DNA of 64,000 nucleotides, from positions 1-64,000 of the IMG/VR virus record IMGVR_UViG_3300046507_000660. One strand, written 5' to 3'. The translations under genes and the position numbers were made by a program. The first letter of the stretch is position 1. Every line of letters begins with the position of its first letter. This document shows positions 17,183 through 26,307 of this stretch, piece after piece. The notes under the pieces are model-generated. The model was not told where the DNA came from and made no database searches. It saw only the letters and a program-made list of their open reading frames with translations. The DNA is from an uncultured virus (IMG/VR IMGVR_UViG_3300046507_000660) (Duplodnaviria; Heunggongvirae; Uroviricota; Caudoviricetes).

Positions 17183-17662
17183 GTGGGTCAGTTGCAAGAG
17201 GTGCACGACTTCCTCGCCAAGCGCATCGTCGAGGAGAGCATCATCGGCCACAGGGTGCAGCCGAACCTTGACGGCGTCTGGCCGGCGGTCTGGTATCAGG
17301 GGGCAGGCGGCGCCGACGACGAGTTCGAGACGCTCATCCTTGCGGGACCGGAGGGACCCAACTTCGATGCGGGCACCCGGGAGCGGGCCACCTTCGTCGT
17401 GCTGAACGACCCGGCCCACGTCATCGACTTCACCGGCTACCTGCGATGGACCGTCGCGAACCACAAGCCAGTGCTCCAGCCCGCAGAGGAGAACGGCGAG
17501 ACGGTCGCCGTGGAGGTCTGCCCCATCGACGGAGCCGAGTGCGAGCCACTGCTCCGCATGGCCCAAATCTGGCAAGCCCACCCCGAGTTCAAGGAGAAGG
17601 AGTGGCACTGGGAGTCGTCCGTCACCATCGCCGAGATCCTCGCGCGCGGAGACGATGAATGA
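17183..17662 (+). CDS. DUF6221-like actinophage protein
   Basis: N-terminal FLAKRIVEE, NDPAHV, C-terminal LLRMAQIWQAHPEF..EW. Confidence 0.55.
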   Translation: MGQLQEVHDFLAKRIVEESIIGHRVQPNLDGVWPAVWYQGAGGADDEFETLILAGPEGPNFDAGTRERATFVVLNDPAHVIDFTGYLRWTVANHKPVLQPAEENGETVAVEVCPIDGAECEPLLRMAQIWQAHPEFKEKEWHWESSVTIAEILARGDDE

Positions 17663-17898
17663 ATCACGAGGTCCGAGCCCATGTGCTCGCCGCCTACGGC
17701 CTCGCCGAAGATGACCCGACGTACCGGGCCCTCGAGGCGCTGCACGCCGCGGCCGACGTAGACCGCGAGACGGGCCAGGCGCGCGTCCGGCGCGAGATCG
17801 ACGCGGCCGCCGAGGAACTGACGGACACCCTGCTGCCCCCGGAGCTGCGCGCCGCCGGCGTCCGGCTCGTGTACAACACCGAAGGACTCCACGCATGA
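17659..17898 (+). CDS. Hypothetical protein
   Basis: ATGA-coupled operon. Confidence 0.55.
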   Translation: MNHEVRAHVLAAYGLAEDDPTYRALEALHAAADVDRETGQARVRREIDAAAEELTDTLLPPELRAAGVRLVYNTEGLHA

Positions 17899-18152
17899 AC
17901 CACGGGCCGATCCCGCCGGGCGCGATCGTCAGCGGCACCATCTCGCCGGACGCCGTCTCGACCGGCAACGTCCTCGAGGACATCCGCAACCGGGAGCCGT
18001 ACGCCGTCGAGGCCGTCATCCTCCACGCACTCGCCGAGTTCAGCATGGGCGGCCCGCCCATGGGCAAGGACGAGGCCCGCCAGTGGCTGAGCCTCTACCT
18101 GCAGCAAGTCGCCGAAGGCCGCTCCCCCGTAGACCCCGGAGTACACGCATGA
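17895..18152 (+). CDS. Hypothetical protein
   Basis: ATGA-coupled operon. Confidence 0.55.
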   Translation: MNHGPIPPGAIVSGTISPDAVSTGNVLEDIRNREPYAVEAVILHALAEFSMGGPPMGKDEARQWLSLYLQQVAEGRSPVDPGVHA

Positions 18153-18484
18153 ACTACGACGACGACCTCGAGGACCGCATGGCGGCCGAGCACCAGAACC
18201 GGCAGCGGCAGACGGCTGACCTGGACTACATCCGCCGTTACTACGGGCTCGAGCGGCGCCACGGGATCCGTGTGGCGATCGGCGGCCGGATCCGGAACAG
18301 CGGGCAGGAGGGGCAGATCGTCGACACGTCCGGCCACTACCTGATGGTGCAGTTCGACGGTGACGAGCAGCCGGTACGCCGTCACGTCACCTCGAACATG
18401 GAGTACGCCGCGGCGTCCGGATGGGTCGCGGCTACGCCCGTTCCCGACCCGTACGCCGCGGCGCCGGCCGGGGCCGCGCAGTGA
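18149..18484 (+). CDS. Hypothetical protein (SH3/KOW-like beta segment)
   Basis: YIRRYYG...GGRI...GQIVDTSGHYLMVQFDG. Confidence 0.55.
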   Translation: MNYDDDLEDRMAAEHQNRQRQTADLDYIRRYYGLERRHGIRVAIGGRIRNSGQEGQIVDTSGHYLMVQFDGDEQPVRRHVTSNMEYAAASGWVAATPVPDPYAAAPAGAAQ

Positions 18485-18999
18485 CCGCCGTCGACGAGCA
18501 ACTCGCGGGCGCGTTCTACGCGTTCATTCAGGACCGGTACGCCGACGAGCTGCGAGAGCAGTACCCGACGGGGGACAGCACCCCGGCCGTGGAGACGTAC
18601 CGGGAGCAGTACCGCGAGGTGCAGGAGGAGCACCAGGCCCTCGTCGACGCGCTGCACCGCGGCGACCAGGAGCAGGCCGCAGACTGCCTCTGGGGGCTGC
18701 GGAACCAGGCGTCCAAGTGGAAGGCGCACCCCGACTACCCCGAGCCGATCTCCGACGGCACCATGCCCTGCCCCGTGCCGGCCCCCGAGACCGGGCACCC
18801 CTGCACGAAGCGGATCCCGAAGGGTTGGGCCGCGGCGGAAGGGCACGGCGGCGGCCACTTCTGGCAGTCCCCCCGGGCGGCCGAGCTCGAGGCCCTCGGC
18901 GCGCACTACGACGCGGGAACTCTCCTGTCCGGCCAGCCCACGCCGTGGCACCTGCCCAAGGACTGCACCCCCGACTGCTGGAAGTGGAGCGACCGATGA
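18481..18999 (+). CDS. Hypothetical protein with DUF6221-like W..HPDY motif
   Basis: AFIQDR...ASKWKAHPDY; GTGA coupling. Confidence 0.5.
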   Translation: MTAVDEQLAGAFYAFIQDRYADELREQYPTGDSTPAVETYREQYREVQEEHQALVDALHRGDQEQAADCLWGLRNQASKWKAHPDYPEPISDGTMPCPVPAPETGHPCTKRIPKGWAAAEGHGGGHFWQSPRAAELEALGAHYDAGTLLSGQPTPWHLPKDCTPDCWKWSDR

Positions 19000-19048
19000 T
19001 GGTGGAACGGCGCGGCCAGACCATCGCCGAGGTACGGGAGCCGACGGC

Positions 19049-20218
19049 GTGAGCACCCACGACGACGTCGTCGATGCCGAGATCGTCGACGCGGAGCTCG
19101 TCGAGGACGGCGTCCTGGCGCTCGTCGACGACAGGGCGCCGGTCGTCGACTTCAACACGGTTCTGTACCCCGGGCAGGAGCTGCCCACCGCGGCGGACGC
19201 CCCGAAGTACAGCAAGCGGGACCTGGACGTCAGCGCGGAGACGCAGGCCCTTCTCGAGGACACGGACCCGACCGACACGGGGCCCATGCGGGCCTTCAAG
19301 GACTGGTGCGCTGAGAACGGCCGCGTCGCGATCCCGTGCACGACGGCCACGTACACCGAGTACAGCCGGCACCTGATGGCCCGCGGCCTGAAGGTCTCGA
19401 CGATCAAGAACTACATGTCCCTGATCAAGACGGCGATGCCGCCGGGGAAGAAGCCCGATAACAGCCTCTACCTGCGGCTGTTGGGCAACTACCGGCAGAA
19501 CAACAAGCGGGCGCTGCGCACCCGTCGGTCGTTCCCGATCCGGCTGCCGTACCTGATCCCGATGATGGAGAAGGCGGAGGCGGACAACCGGCCGATCGGC
19601 TGGCGCGACTCGGCGATGTTCGCCTTCGGGTACCGCTTCCTGGGCCGGAGCGTCGAGGACGCGAACCTCGAGATCGAGGACCTGACGTTCATCAACGGCG
19701 GCCTGCGGGTCTGGCTCCCCGAGGACAAGACGCACGACGAGGAGCAGAACCTCGTGCTGATGGACCGGCCGGACCTCCAGCTCGTCCCACGGCTCACCCG
19801 CTGGCTCGACTACATGGCCGACCAGGGCATCACGTCGGGGCCCGTCTTCCGGCACGTCCTCAAGAACGGCATGGTGGCCACCGAGGCGACCCGGAGCAAG
19901 ACGGCCACCAGTCGCGGCCTGCACCTGCGGGGGCAGACCGTGAACGAGCGGGTGAAGTTCTGGTTCGGTGCGGCCGGACTGGTCACGGACGGCAGGCACG
20001 TTTCCTCCCAGGGCATCCGCGCGGGCGCTGCGACCGACCTGGCGGAGAACGAAGCCACGGACGACGAGTTGGAGCGGGCCGGCCGTTGGCGTCCGGGCTC
20101 CCGCGTTCCGCGCGAGGTGTACGTCCGCCCTGCCCAGGCGGAGAGGAACGACCCGTTCGTCAGGGTCCCCGTGCACAACCCGCAGGGGCAGGCGCAGGAA
20201 CCGGAGAAGACGACCTAA
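19049..20218 (+). CDS. Cre-like tyrosine recombinase
   Basis: RDSAMF..GY...GR, EDKT, SSQGIRAGAAT, AGRW, REVYVR. Confidence 0.85.
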   Translation: MSTHDDVVDAEIVDAELVEDGVLALVDDRAPVVDFNTVLYPGQELPTAADAPKYSKRDLDVSAETQALLEDTDPTDTGPMRAFKDWCAENGRVAIPCTTATYTEYSRHLMARGLKVSTIKNYMSLIKTAMPPGKKPDNSLYLRLLGNYRQNNKRALRTRRSFPIRLPYLIPMMEKAEADNRPIGWRDSAMFAFGYRFLGRSVEDANLEIEDLTFINGGLRVWLPEDKTHDEEQNLVLMDRPDLQLVPRLTRWLDYMADQGITSGPVFRHVLKNGMVATEATRSKTATSRGLHLRGQTVNERVKFWFGAAGLVTDGRHVSSQGIRAGAATDLAENEATDDELERAGRWRPGSRVPREVYVRPAQAERNDPFVRVPVHNPQGQAQEPEKTT

Positions 20219-20775
20219 GCAGTCTGGGAGGCGGCTGCCCACTCATCCTCGAGCATGGCGTGCACGACAGAGTCACGCCACTGCCCGGCCTTGCGAACGT
20301 GCTGGCGGATGGTGCCCTCTTCGACCATGCCCGCGGCCGTCATGGTCTTCGCCGACGCCTCGTTGAGCGGGGACCGCGCTCCCCAGACGCGATGCAGGGT
20401 CAGGTCCTCGAACCCGAGACCGAGGAGGAGGCGCACGGTTTCGACTCCGTATCCGACCCCCCACGCGTCCGGGCGCAGCGCGAAGCCGAAGGTGGCCCCG
20501 CGCTGCTGGTGCGGGTCAAGAGCGACCCGGCCGAACCCGATCACATCGTGCGTGTCTTGCTCCACGACAGCGAGCGCGTACTCGCTGCGCGGGTTCGTCG
20601 TGGCTGAAGCGATGGACCTGGCCACGATCTGGCTGACCTGGTCGCGAGTACGCGGCTCGAACGACAGGTGTTCCGTGGCCTCGGGGCTGCCGTAGATGGC
20701 GTGCACCGCATCGACGTCCTCGAGTGTGAGCTCGCGGAGGACCAGACGCGGGCTGGAGCGCTTGACCGGGTACAT
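20215..20775 (-). CDS. GNAT acetyltransferase (RimJ/RimL type)
   Basis: RLVLREL, GFALRPDAWGVGYG, N.AS...M..AGM..EG. Confidence 0.9.
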   Translation of the reverse strand: MYPVKRSSPRLVLRELTLEDVDAVHAIYGSPEATEHLSFEPRTRDQVSQIVARSIASATTNPRSEYALAVVEQDTHDVIGFGRVALDPHQQRGATFGFALRPDAWGVGYGVETVRLLLGLGFEDLTLHRVWGARSPLNEASAKTMTAAGMVEEGTIRQHVRKAGQWRDSVVHAMLEDEWAAASQTA

Positions 20776-20784
20776 GCGGGGACT

Positions 20785-22158
20785 CTACCCGCGGGGCAGC
20801 GCCGGCCGACTCGCCGGGAACGCCTCGATCTCCGCACGGAGATCGCGGGCTACAACGGCCGTACGCGCCGGGCTGGTCATCAGCGCCTGACGGACGCGCA
20901 GCGCCGAGACGACGATGCCGTTGTTCCGGTGTGAGATTGGCAGATCCAGCACGGGCCGAATAGCTGCTGCGGTGCCGTCCACGTCACCGCTGAAGAGCCG
21001 GATCAGCGACAGGTCGCACTGCGATCCCGCGAGGTCTCCGAACGCCCAGTTCGGGGAGTTGGGGTCGCTGAAGCCCTGCACGGCCCGTTCCGCCTGCGCG
21101 GCGAGCTGCGCGTCCCCGTGGCCGAGGAGCGCCTCCGATTCCACCGCGTAGTAGAGCTGCTTCTCCGGGGCGTACGTGAACAGCCCACCGAGCCGGTCCA
21201 GGTCGTCGAGGATGACGTGTTCTCGCCGGTCGTCGGCCTGTTGGTTGACGGCGCGCGTCGTCTCCTCGTCGCCCAGGACCGCGGCGGCGCGGGCCTGAAG
21301 GCCGAGCAGCCACAGCCCGACGGTGCCGCGCAGGCCGGCAGCGGTCGCGGCTCCCTGGCTCGCATAGTGATACGCGTCCTCGGGCTTGTCCGCCCAGTAA
21401 GCGATCAGGGACTTGAGCCCGTCGGTGAGAGCGATGAGCCCTGGATGTTCGGCGGTCCGGGCGCAGGAGGCGGCGACGCGGGTCATAGTCATGGCCTGGT
21501 GCGGGGACTCCATATCGTTGAAGCCCTTGGCGACGAGGAACGACAGCACAGCGGCCTTGACGTTCAGGTCGCGCAAATGTGAGAGCTGCCGGACCCTGCC
21601 GCCCTCGAGGAGGCGGAACACCTGGTCCTGGGTCTCGAGCAGGTCGCCCCAGATCGTCGACAGGGGGTCACGCGGGTATGCGGCGACCAGGCGCCCCACC
21701 TCGTCGTCGAGCAGTCCGAGCGTGTCCTCGCCCACCACCTCGCGGTCTTTGCCCAGGAGAAATTCCTTCGCGCGCTGCACAGCCATCGCGCCCGTCCTTT
21801 TCATCTCGTTCAGGTCCACGTCGTCTTCGGCGTCGGCGTGGAGTGCAGTTGGTGACGCGCCGGTCAGCGGAGCGAAGTTCGGTGTGGTGCCCTCGGGGAC
21901 CTCGGTCCACAGGTCATCAATGCTGTAGCCCAGCATTTCGACGATGACCGGTCGGAAGGTCCGCTGTGGCTTCCTGCCGTCGTAGAACCATCCCTCGACG
22001 GTCTTTGAAGCCGGGTCCACGTTCTCTAAGCCGAGCCTCGCGGCCGCTTTCCTGTAGAGCGGCAAGACGTCCTCGGGGGTTCGTATGCCGCGTGCTTCGA
22101 GGGTGATGCGGAAGAACAACACGGCGCTCGCCTCCCATTTATCCGCCTGGTACGTCAC
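20785..22158 (-). CDS. Streptomyces-type transcriptional regulator (XRE-like N-terminus, TPR-like helical C-terminus); contains a TTA codon
   Basis: KTVEGWFYDGRKPQ...MLGYSIDDLW, long Ala/Leu helical region; divergent from the cassette operon. Confidence 0.7.
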   Translation of the reverse strand: MTYQADKWEASAVLFFRITLEARGIRTPEDVLPLYRKAAARLGLENVDPASKTVEGWFYDGRKPQRTFRPVIVEMLGYSIDDLWTEVPEGTTPNFAPLTGASPTALHADAEDDVDLNEMKRTGAMAVQRAKEFLLGKDREVVGEDTLGLLDDEVGRLVAAYPRDPLSTIWGDLLETQDQVFRLLEGGRVRQLSHLRDLNVKAAVLSFLVAKGFNDMESPHQAMTMTRVAASCARTAEHPGLIALTDGLKSLIAYWADKPEDAYHYASQGAATAAGLRGTVGLWLLGLQARAAAVLGDEETTRAVNQQADDRREHVILDDLDRLGGLFTYAPEKQLYYAVESEALLGHGDAQLAAQAERAVQGFSDPNSPNWAFGDLAGSQCDLSLIRLFSGDVDGTAAAIRPVLDLPISHRNNGIVVSALRVRQALMTSPARTAVVARDLRAEIEAFPASRPALPRG

Positions 22159-22449
22159 TGCCCCGACGGTAGAACGCTGTCCTCATCAAGTTGCCCCATA
22201 CAGACGGTACTTAGCAGTTCCGAGGGAGGTCAGAGGAAGAGCCGAGGAAGACCGTCAACTTTGCACCAAACCCCGAGGGCGATCTGGGGGTAGAGCCGTC
22301 TGCACGACCGTTGCAACGCTCGTAACAGCCCTCGCTGAGAGTGCCCGGACGTGCACATTCATGGATCAGGGAGTCCCCCCATGCCCTCCAGAGTTGCCGG
22401 AGCGACGACAGTCGTACGGACGCCTCGCTCCGTCTGTGGCGGCGACGTG

Positions 22450-22869
22450 ATGAGTGAGCGTTTCAAGGTCGCTGGCCGCCGCGGTGACGCACCGCCTCGG
22501 GCAGAGGACGCATGCCGGGTAGGAGTGATGCGTCGGATTGCCGCAGCGCGGCTCAGGTACTGCGGACTTGAGACGATGCAGAGCGAGGTGGTGCTGATCG
22601 TCTCGGAGCTGCTCACCAATGCGCTTCTGCATAGCGGCACCACGGAGATCAGCTTGAACATCACTGTTCAGGACGGTTCTCTGCACATCGCGGTCGGGGA
22701 CGGTATGCCGGGTGCTGCGGAGCCCAGGGAAGCGGGCGAGGGCGCCGAGTCGGGTCGTGGCCTTGCCCTGGTCGAAGCCTTGGTGGAGGAGAGCGGCGGA
22801 GCCTGGGGAACCAGCGCCGACGGCGCGACGACCTGGTGTCACCTCATGGTCCCCGAAGGGGGATCGTGA
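22450..22869 (+). CDS. HATPase_c ATP-binding protein (RsbW/anti-sigma-like)
   Basis: VSELLTNALLH, V.DG, ESGRGLALV, WG..TTW. Confidence 0.85.
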   Translation: MSERFKVAGRRGDAPPRAEDACRVGVMRRIAAARLRYCGLETMQSEVVLIVSELLTNALLHSGTTEISLNITVQDGSLHIAVGDGMPGAAEPREAGEGAESGRGLALVEALVEESGGAWGTSADGATTWCHLMVPEGGS

Positions 22870-23267
22870 TGGTTGCGGTGACAGTTGACGTAGCCACCCA
22901 GTTATTGAGCCGTCGAGCCTCGACCGATCACGAGACGGTGGGGATGCTCCTCGCCGGCCTGCGTCGCTCCCTCGCTCACGAGGCCATCACCGACGAGCTT
23001 TACGACGACCTGGAGGCCGTGCTCGGTGAGCACGCCCGCCCCGCGCCGCACGAAATCGCGGTCATCGCGGGGCGGTTACGGGCGGCGACAACCACGTTCG
23101 TGGAGATCGTGCCGCACCTCGTGAAGCCCTACCCCGTCGATGAGATGCGCCACCTGATCTACCTGAGTGCCGAGCACCCCCATCCCGAGGATGCGCACGG
23201 CCACCTGCGCCGGTTCGCCCTGGCCGTCCTCGCGCTCCTGGACTTGATGGGAGATGAGGCCTCGTGA
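22869..23267 (+). CDS. Small helical hypothetical protein (DUF6415-like); two TTA codons
   Basis: Coupled to neighbours; HLRRFALAVLALLD tail. Confidence 0.55.
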   Translation: MVAVTVDVATQLLSRRASTDHETVGMLLAGLRRSLAHEAITDELYDDLEAVLGEHARPAPHEIAVIAGRLRAATTTFVEIVPHLVKPYPVDEMRHLIYLSAEHPHPEDAHGHLRRFALAVLALLDLMGDEAS

Positions 23268-23998
23268 CGCTCTGTCCTCCGCTCCCCTATAGCCCGTTCA
23301 GATGGCCGAGAGAGAAGAACCGTTCCGTGCCCACAGGGACCGAACCGCGCCTGATCCCCTTCATCACCCAGCGGGAGGGGGAGGACGCTGCGCCGGACAA
23401 CCTCATCATCGTCCGGCACGGATCCGGCCCCCGGCTCTACTACGGGGATGAGGACGCCCAGGGCAGGGACCGGCCGCTGCGGGGCGTGCTGTGGGCGCGC
23501 TGCGGCTTCAACCCCGTGGACGAACACAAGATGCCGACGGGCAAGCCGCAATGGAAGCTCATGCACCCGTACCGGCAGATGCTGACGATGCAGGCCATGC
23601 GCTGCCAGGTCTGTACGCAGCCGGCACGAACCCCCCTGGGCTTCATCTTTCTTGCCGGTCCCAAGGACGAGGACCCCACACAGGCCATGATCCACACGAA
23701 CCAGCCTCCGGTGTGCCCGAAGCATGCCCGCGCCTCGGCCGCACTCTGCCCTCACCTTGGGAGGAACCCGATGGTCTTCCTCGCGAAGAGTGCACCTCTG
23801 TACGGGGTCACCGGCACGCTCTACGGCCTCAACGCGGACAACGTCGTGCACGTCGTTGCGCAGCCGGACCACCCCCTGCCCTTCGGGCACCCGAACCTGC
23901 CCACTCTGCTCGGCTCCCAACTGATCCGCAGGTTGAGCTCTTTCAGGGTGGTCGGACTCGACGAGCTGACACAGGAACTGGCGACGCTCGCCGCATAG
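23264..23998 (+). CDS. Conserved actinobacterial zinc-binding hypothetical protein
   Basis: HPYRQ..M...RCQVC and PPVCPKHA..S...CPHL. Confidence 0.65.
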   Translation: MTLCPPLPYSPFRWPREKNRSVPTGTEPRLIPFITQREGEDAAPDNLIIVRHGSGPRLYYGDEDAQGRDRPLRGVLWARCGFNPVDEHKMPTGKPQWKLMHPYRQMLTMQAMRCQVCTQPARTPLGFIFLAGPKDEDPTQAMIHTNQPPVCPKHARASAALCPHLGRNPMVFLAKSAPLYGVTGTLYGLNADNVVHVVAQPDHPLPFGHPNLPTLLGSQLIRRLSSFRVVGLDELTQELATLAA

Positions 23999-24210
23999 AC
24001 CCCTGCCCGGTGGCCCGGAAGGATCCGGTCCTGGCCATCGGGCAGGCACCAGACTCCGCCCGTACGACAACGGCATTCGGCGCGGGTGGAGACGGCGCTG
24101 GGGTCACGTCCCCCAACGGCCCCAGCGCCAGCCGAAGCATGCCGAGCGCCCCCGCGCCGCGACACACGCACAACTGGACCGCCCACCGGGGGCCCTGACC
24201 TGGAGGTCAC

Positions 24211-25236
24211 ATGCACACCACCCCCGAGTTCAGCAGCGTGGAAGGCGCCTACGTGGCCCTCGTCCGGCTGGCCACCGAGGAGTCCGAACACCACATCGCG
24301 GCGCGCGGCAACGAGGCCCGTGAGGTCATCGGCGTGGGATTCCGCCTCACCGACCCTCGCCAGCGCCTGCCGTACCTGGCCGAGCGCAAGGCGAACCCGG
24401 TGTTCCAGTTCGCGGAAGCGCTCTGGTACCTCGCCGGACGCCGGGACCTGGAAATGATCGGCTACTACGCCCCGTCGATGCGCGCCAGCAGCTCCGACGG
24501 CATCCGCCTTGGCGGATCCGCCTACGGCCACACCCTGTTCAGTCCGGCCAGCAGCGCCAAGCAGTCGCAGTTCGACCAGGTGATGGAACTGCTGTCGAAC
24601 GAACCCGACAGCAAGCGTGGATACCTGCCAGTGTTCAGGGCGAAGGAGCTCGCCGACCGCGACAATCCCGACGTCGCGTGTCTGGCCGGCCTGCACCTGC
24701 TCCCTCGGGACGGGCGGCTGCACATGGTCTGCAACATGCGCGCGAACGATCTCGACTGCGGCCTGCTGTCCGACGTCTTCTCCTTCACGATGATCCAGGA
24801 ATACGCGGCCATCCAGCTCGGCCTGGGTCTGGGCACGTACACCCATTTCATCGGGTCCGCCCACGTCAACGACCGCAACGCCGAGCGCGTCAAGCGCGTC
24901 CTGGACGAGGCCGACTCCCGCCCCACCGCGCCCGCCTTCTCGTTCCCGGCGATGCCTGAGAGCACCGAGGGGGCGACCATCGCGCACGTCCTGCAGCACG
25001 AAGAGGCGTTGCGCACGAACCAGCTCCGCTACAACGCCGAACACATCCGCGGCCTGGGCCTGGATCCGTACTGGGAGCAGGTGGTCATGCTGTTCGAGTT
25101 GTACCGGCAGATCCAGCACGACCAGACCGCGGCCGTTGACCCGGGCCTCATGGCCGCGCTCAACCCCGGCCTTCGCTGGCTCATGGAACACAAGTGGCCG
25201 GCCTGCGCCGCGGCCACGGCCGGGGGTGCGCAGTGA
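24211..25236 (+). CDS. Thymidylate-synthase-fold cytidylate 5-hydroxymethylase (MilA-like)
   Basis: FAEALWYL, DSKR, catalytic DVAC, MRAND..G..SDVFSF (Asp at the cytosine-specificity position), GSAH. Confidence 0.8.
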   Translation: MHTTPEFSSVEGAYVALVRLATEESEHHIAARGNEAREVIGVGFRLTDPRQRLPYLAERKANPVFQFAEALWYLAGRRDLEMIGYYAPSMRASSSDGIRLGGSAYGHTLFSPASSAKQSQFDQVMELLSNEPDSKRGYLPVFRAKELADRDNPDVACLAGLHLLPRDGRLHMVCNMRANDLDCGLLSDVFSFTMIQEYAAIQLGLGLGTYTHFIGSAHVNDRNAERVKRVLDEADSRPTAPAFSFPAMPESTEGATIAHVLQHEEALRTNQLRYNAEHIRGLGLDPYWEQVVMLFELYRQIQHDQTAAVDPGLMAALNPGLRWLMEHKWPACAAATAGGAQ

Positions 25237-25250
25237 GGGACGGTAAGCCG

Positions 25251-26282
25251 ATGAGCGGCGCCGTCGTTGAAGGCGTCGACTTCGACCGCCGGGCGGTCAT
25301 CCTGTGTAAGCCGGATGCTGTGGCGCGCGGACTGGTCAACCGAATCCTGGGGATGATCTCCGATGCGGGTATCGCCGTCTCGGACCGCTTAGACCTGGTG
25401 GCTCAGCCGTGGCAACCGCACGTTGTCTACCGGGATCTGCTGGCCGACACCGGTCGGCGTGACCTGCGCGATCTGCCTTCCTACATCGACGACGCATATG
25501 CGGGCCAGAAGGTCACCGTCGCCCTGGCGCACGGCGAGCCGGGCGTGCACGCCCGGCTCCGGCAGCTCATCGGCGACACCGATCCGACCCGGGCGGTTCC
25601 CGGCACGATCCGCGGCGACCTCGGCGACGACAGCCTTGCCGCCGCGCGCGTGGAGAAGCGCCTCGTTCGCAACCTGGTCCACACGTCGGACCATCCGGCC
25701 AGTGCGCGCCGTGAATACGGCACCTGGTGGGGGCCCGGCCGCGGGCTGCAGGTCTCCGACTTCGACCGGTGTTCGGTGATCCTGTGCAAGCCGGACGCTG
25801 TGGAGCGCGGCCTGGTCGACGCCGTACTCGAGCGGATCGACGCTGCCGGCTGCACTGTTGCGAGCCGTCTCGACGTCACGGTGCAGCCGTGGCAGGCCCA
25901 CGTGCACTACTGGGATCTCCTCGTTGACGCCGACTGGTTCCCCGACCGCGACATCCCCGCCTGTCTGGATGACGCGTACGCGGGCAAGGCGGTCACGGTC
26001 GCCCTCGCGTACGGCGAGCCGGGCATCCACGCCCAGCTACGTCAGCTCATCGGGCACTTCGACCCGACCCGGGCCGCCGCCGGCACCATCCGCGGTGACT
26101 ACGGCAACGACAGCCTCGAGGCCGCCCTTGCGGAGAAACGCCTCGTGCACAACCTCGTCCACACCTCGGACGACCCGGACGCAGCCCGCCGTGACTTCGG
26201 CACCTGGTTCGGCGCCGCCCGCCGCGTACTGCTCACCTCCCCGTCCGGCGTGCCGCTTCAGCCCGCGCCTGCCGACCGCTGA
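25251..26282 (+). CDS. Two-domain nucleoside-diphosphate kinase
   Basis: Two copies of ILCKPDAV.RGL...G..DP....GTIRGD.G...NLVHTSD; alternative GTG start at 25233. Confidence 0.85.
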   Translation: MSGAVVEGVDFDRRAVILCKPDAVARGLVNRILGMISDAGIAVSDRLDLVAQPWQPHVVYRDLLADTGRRDLRDLPSYIDDAYAGQKVTVALAHGEPGVHARLRQLIGDTDPTRAVPGTIRGDLGDDSLAAARVEKRLVRNLVHTSDHPASARREYGTWWGPGRGLQVSDFDRCSVILCKPDAVERGLVDAVLERIDAAGCTVASRLDVTVQPWQAHVHYWDLLVDADWFPDRDIPACLDDAYAGKAVTVALAYGEPGIHAQLRQLIGHFDPTRAAAGTIRGDYGNDSLEAALAEKRLVHNLVHTSDDPDAARRDFGTWFGAARRVLLTSPSGVPLQPAPADR

Positions 26283-26307
26283 CCACCCCCAGCCCCTGGA
26301 GGGTCCC

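Noticed and set aside
3694..20775. DUF1778-GNAT toxin-antitoxin pair
   Set aside because: Genes are 16 kb apart and the GNAT is RimJ/RimL type
24211..25236. Ordinary thymidylate synthase (thyA)
   Set aside because: Asp replaces the uracil-specifying Asn, and the sequence follows cytidylate hydroxymethylases
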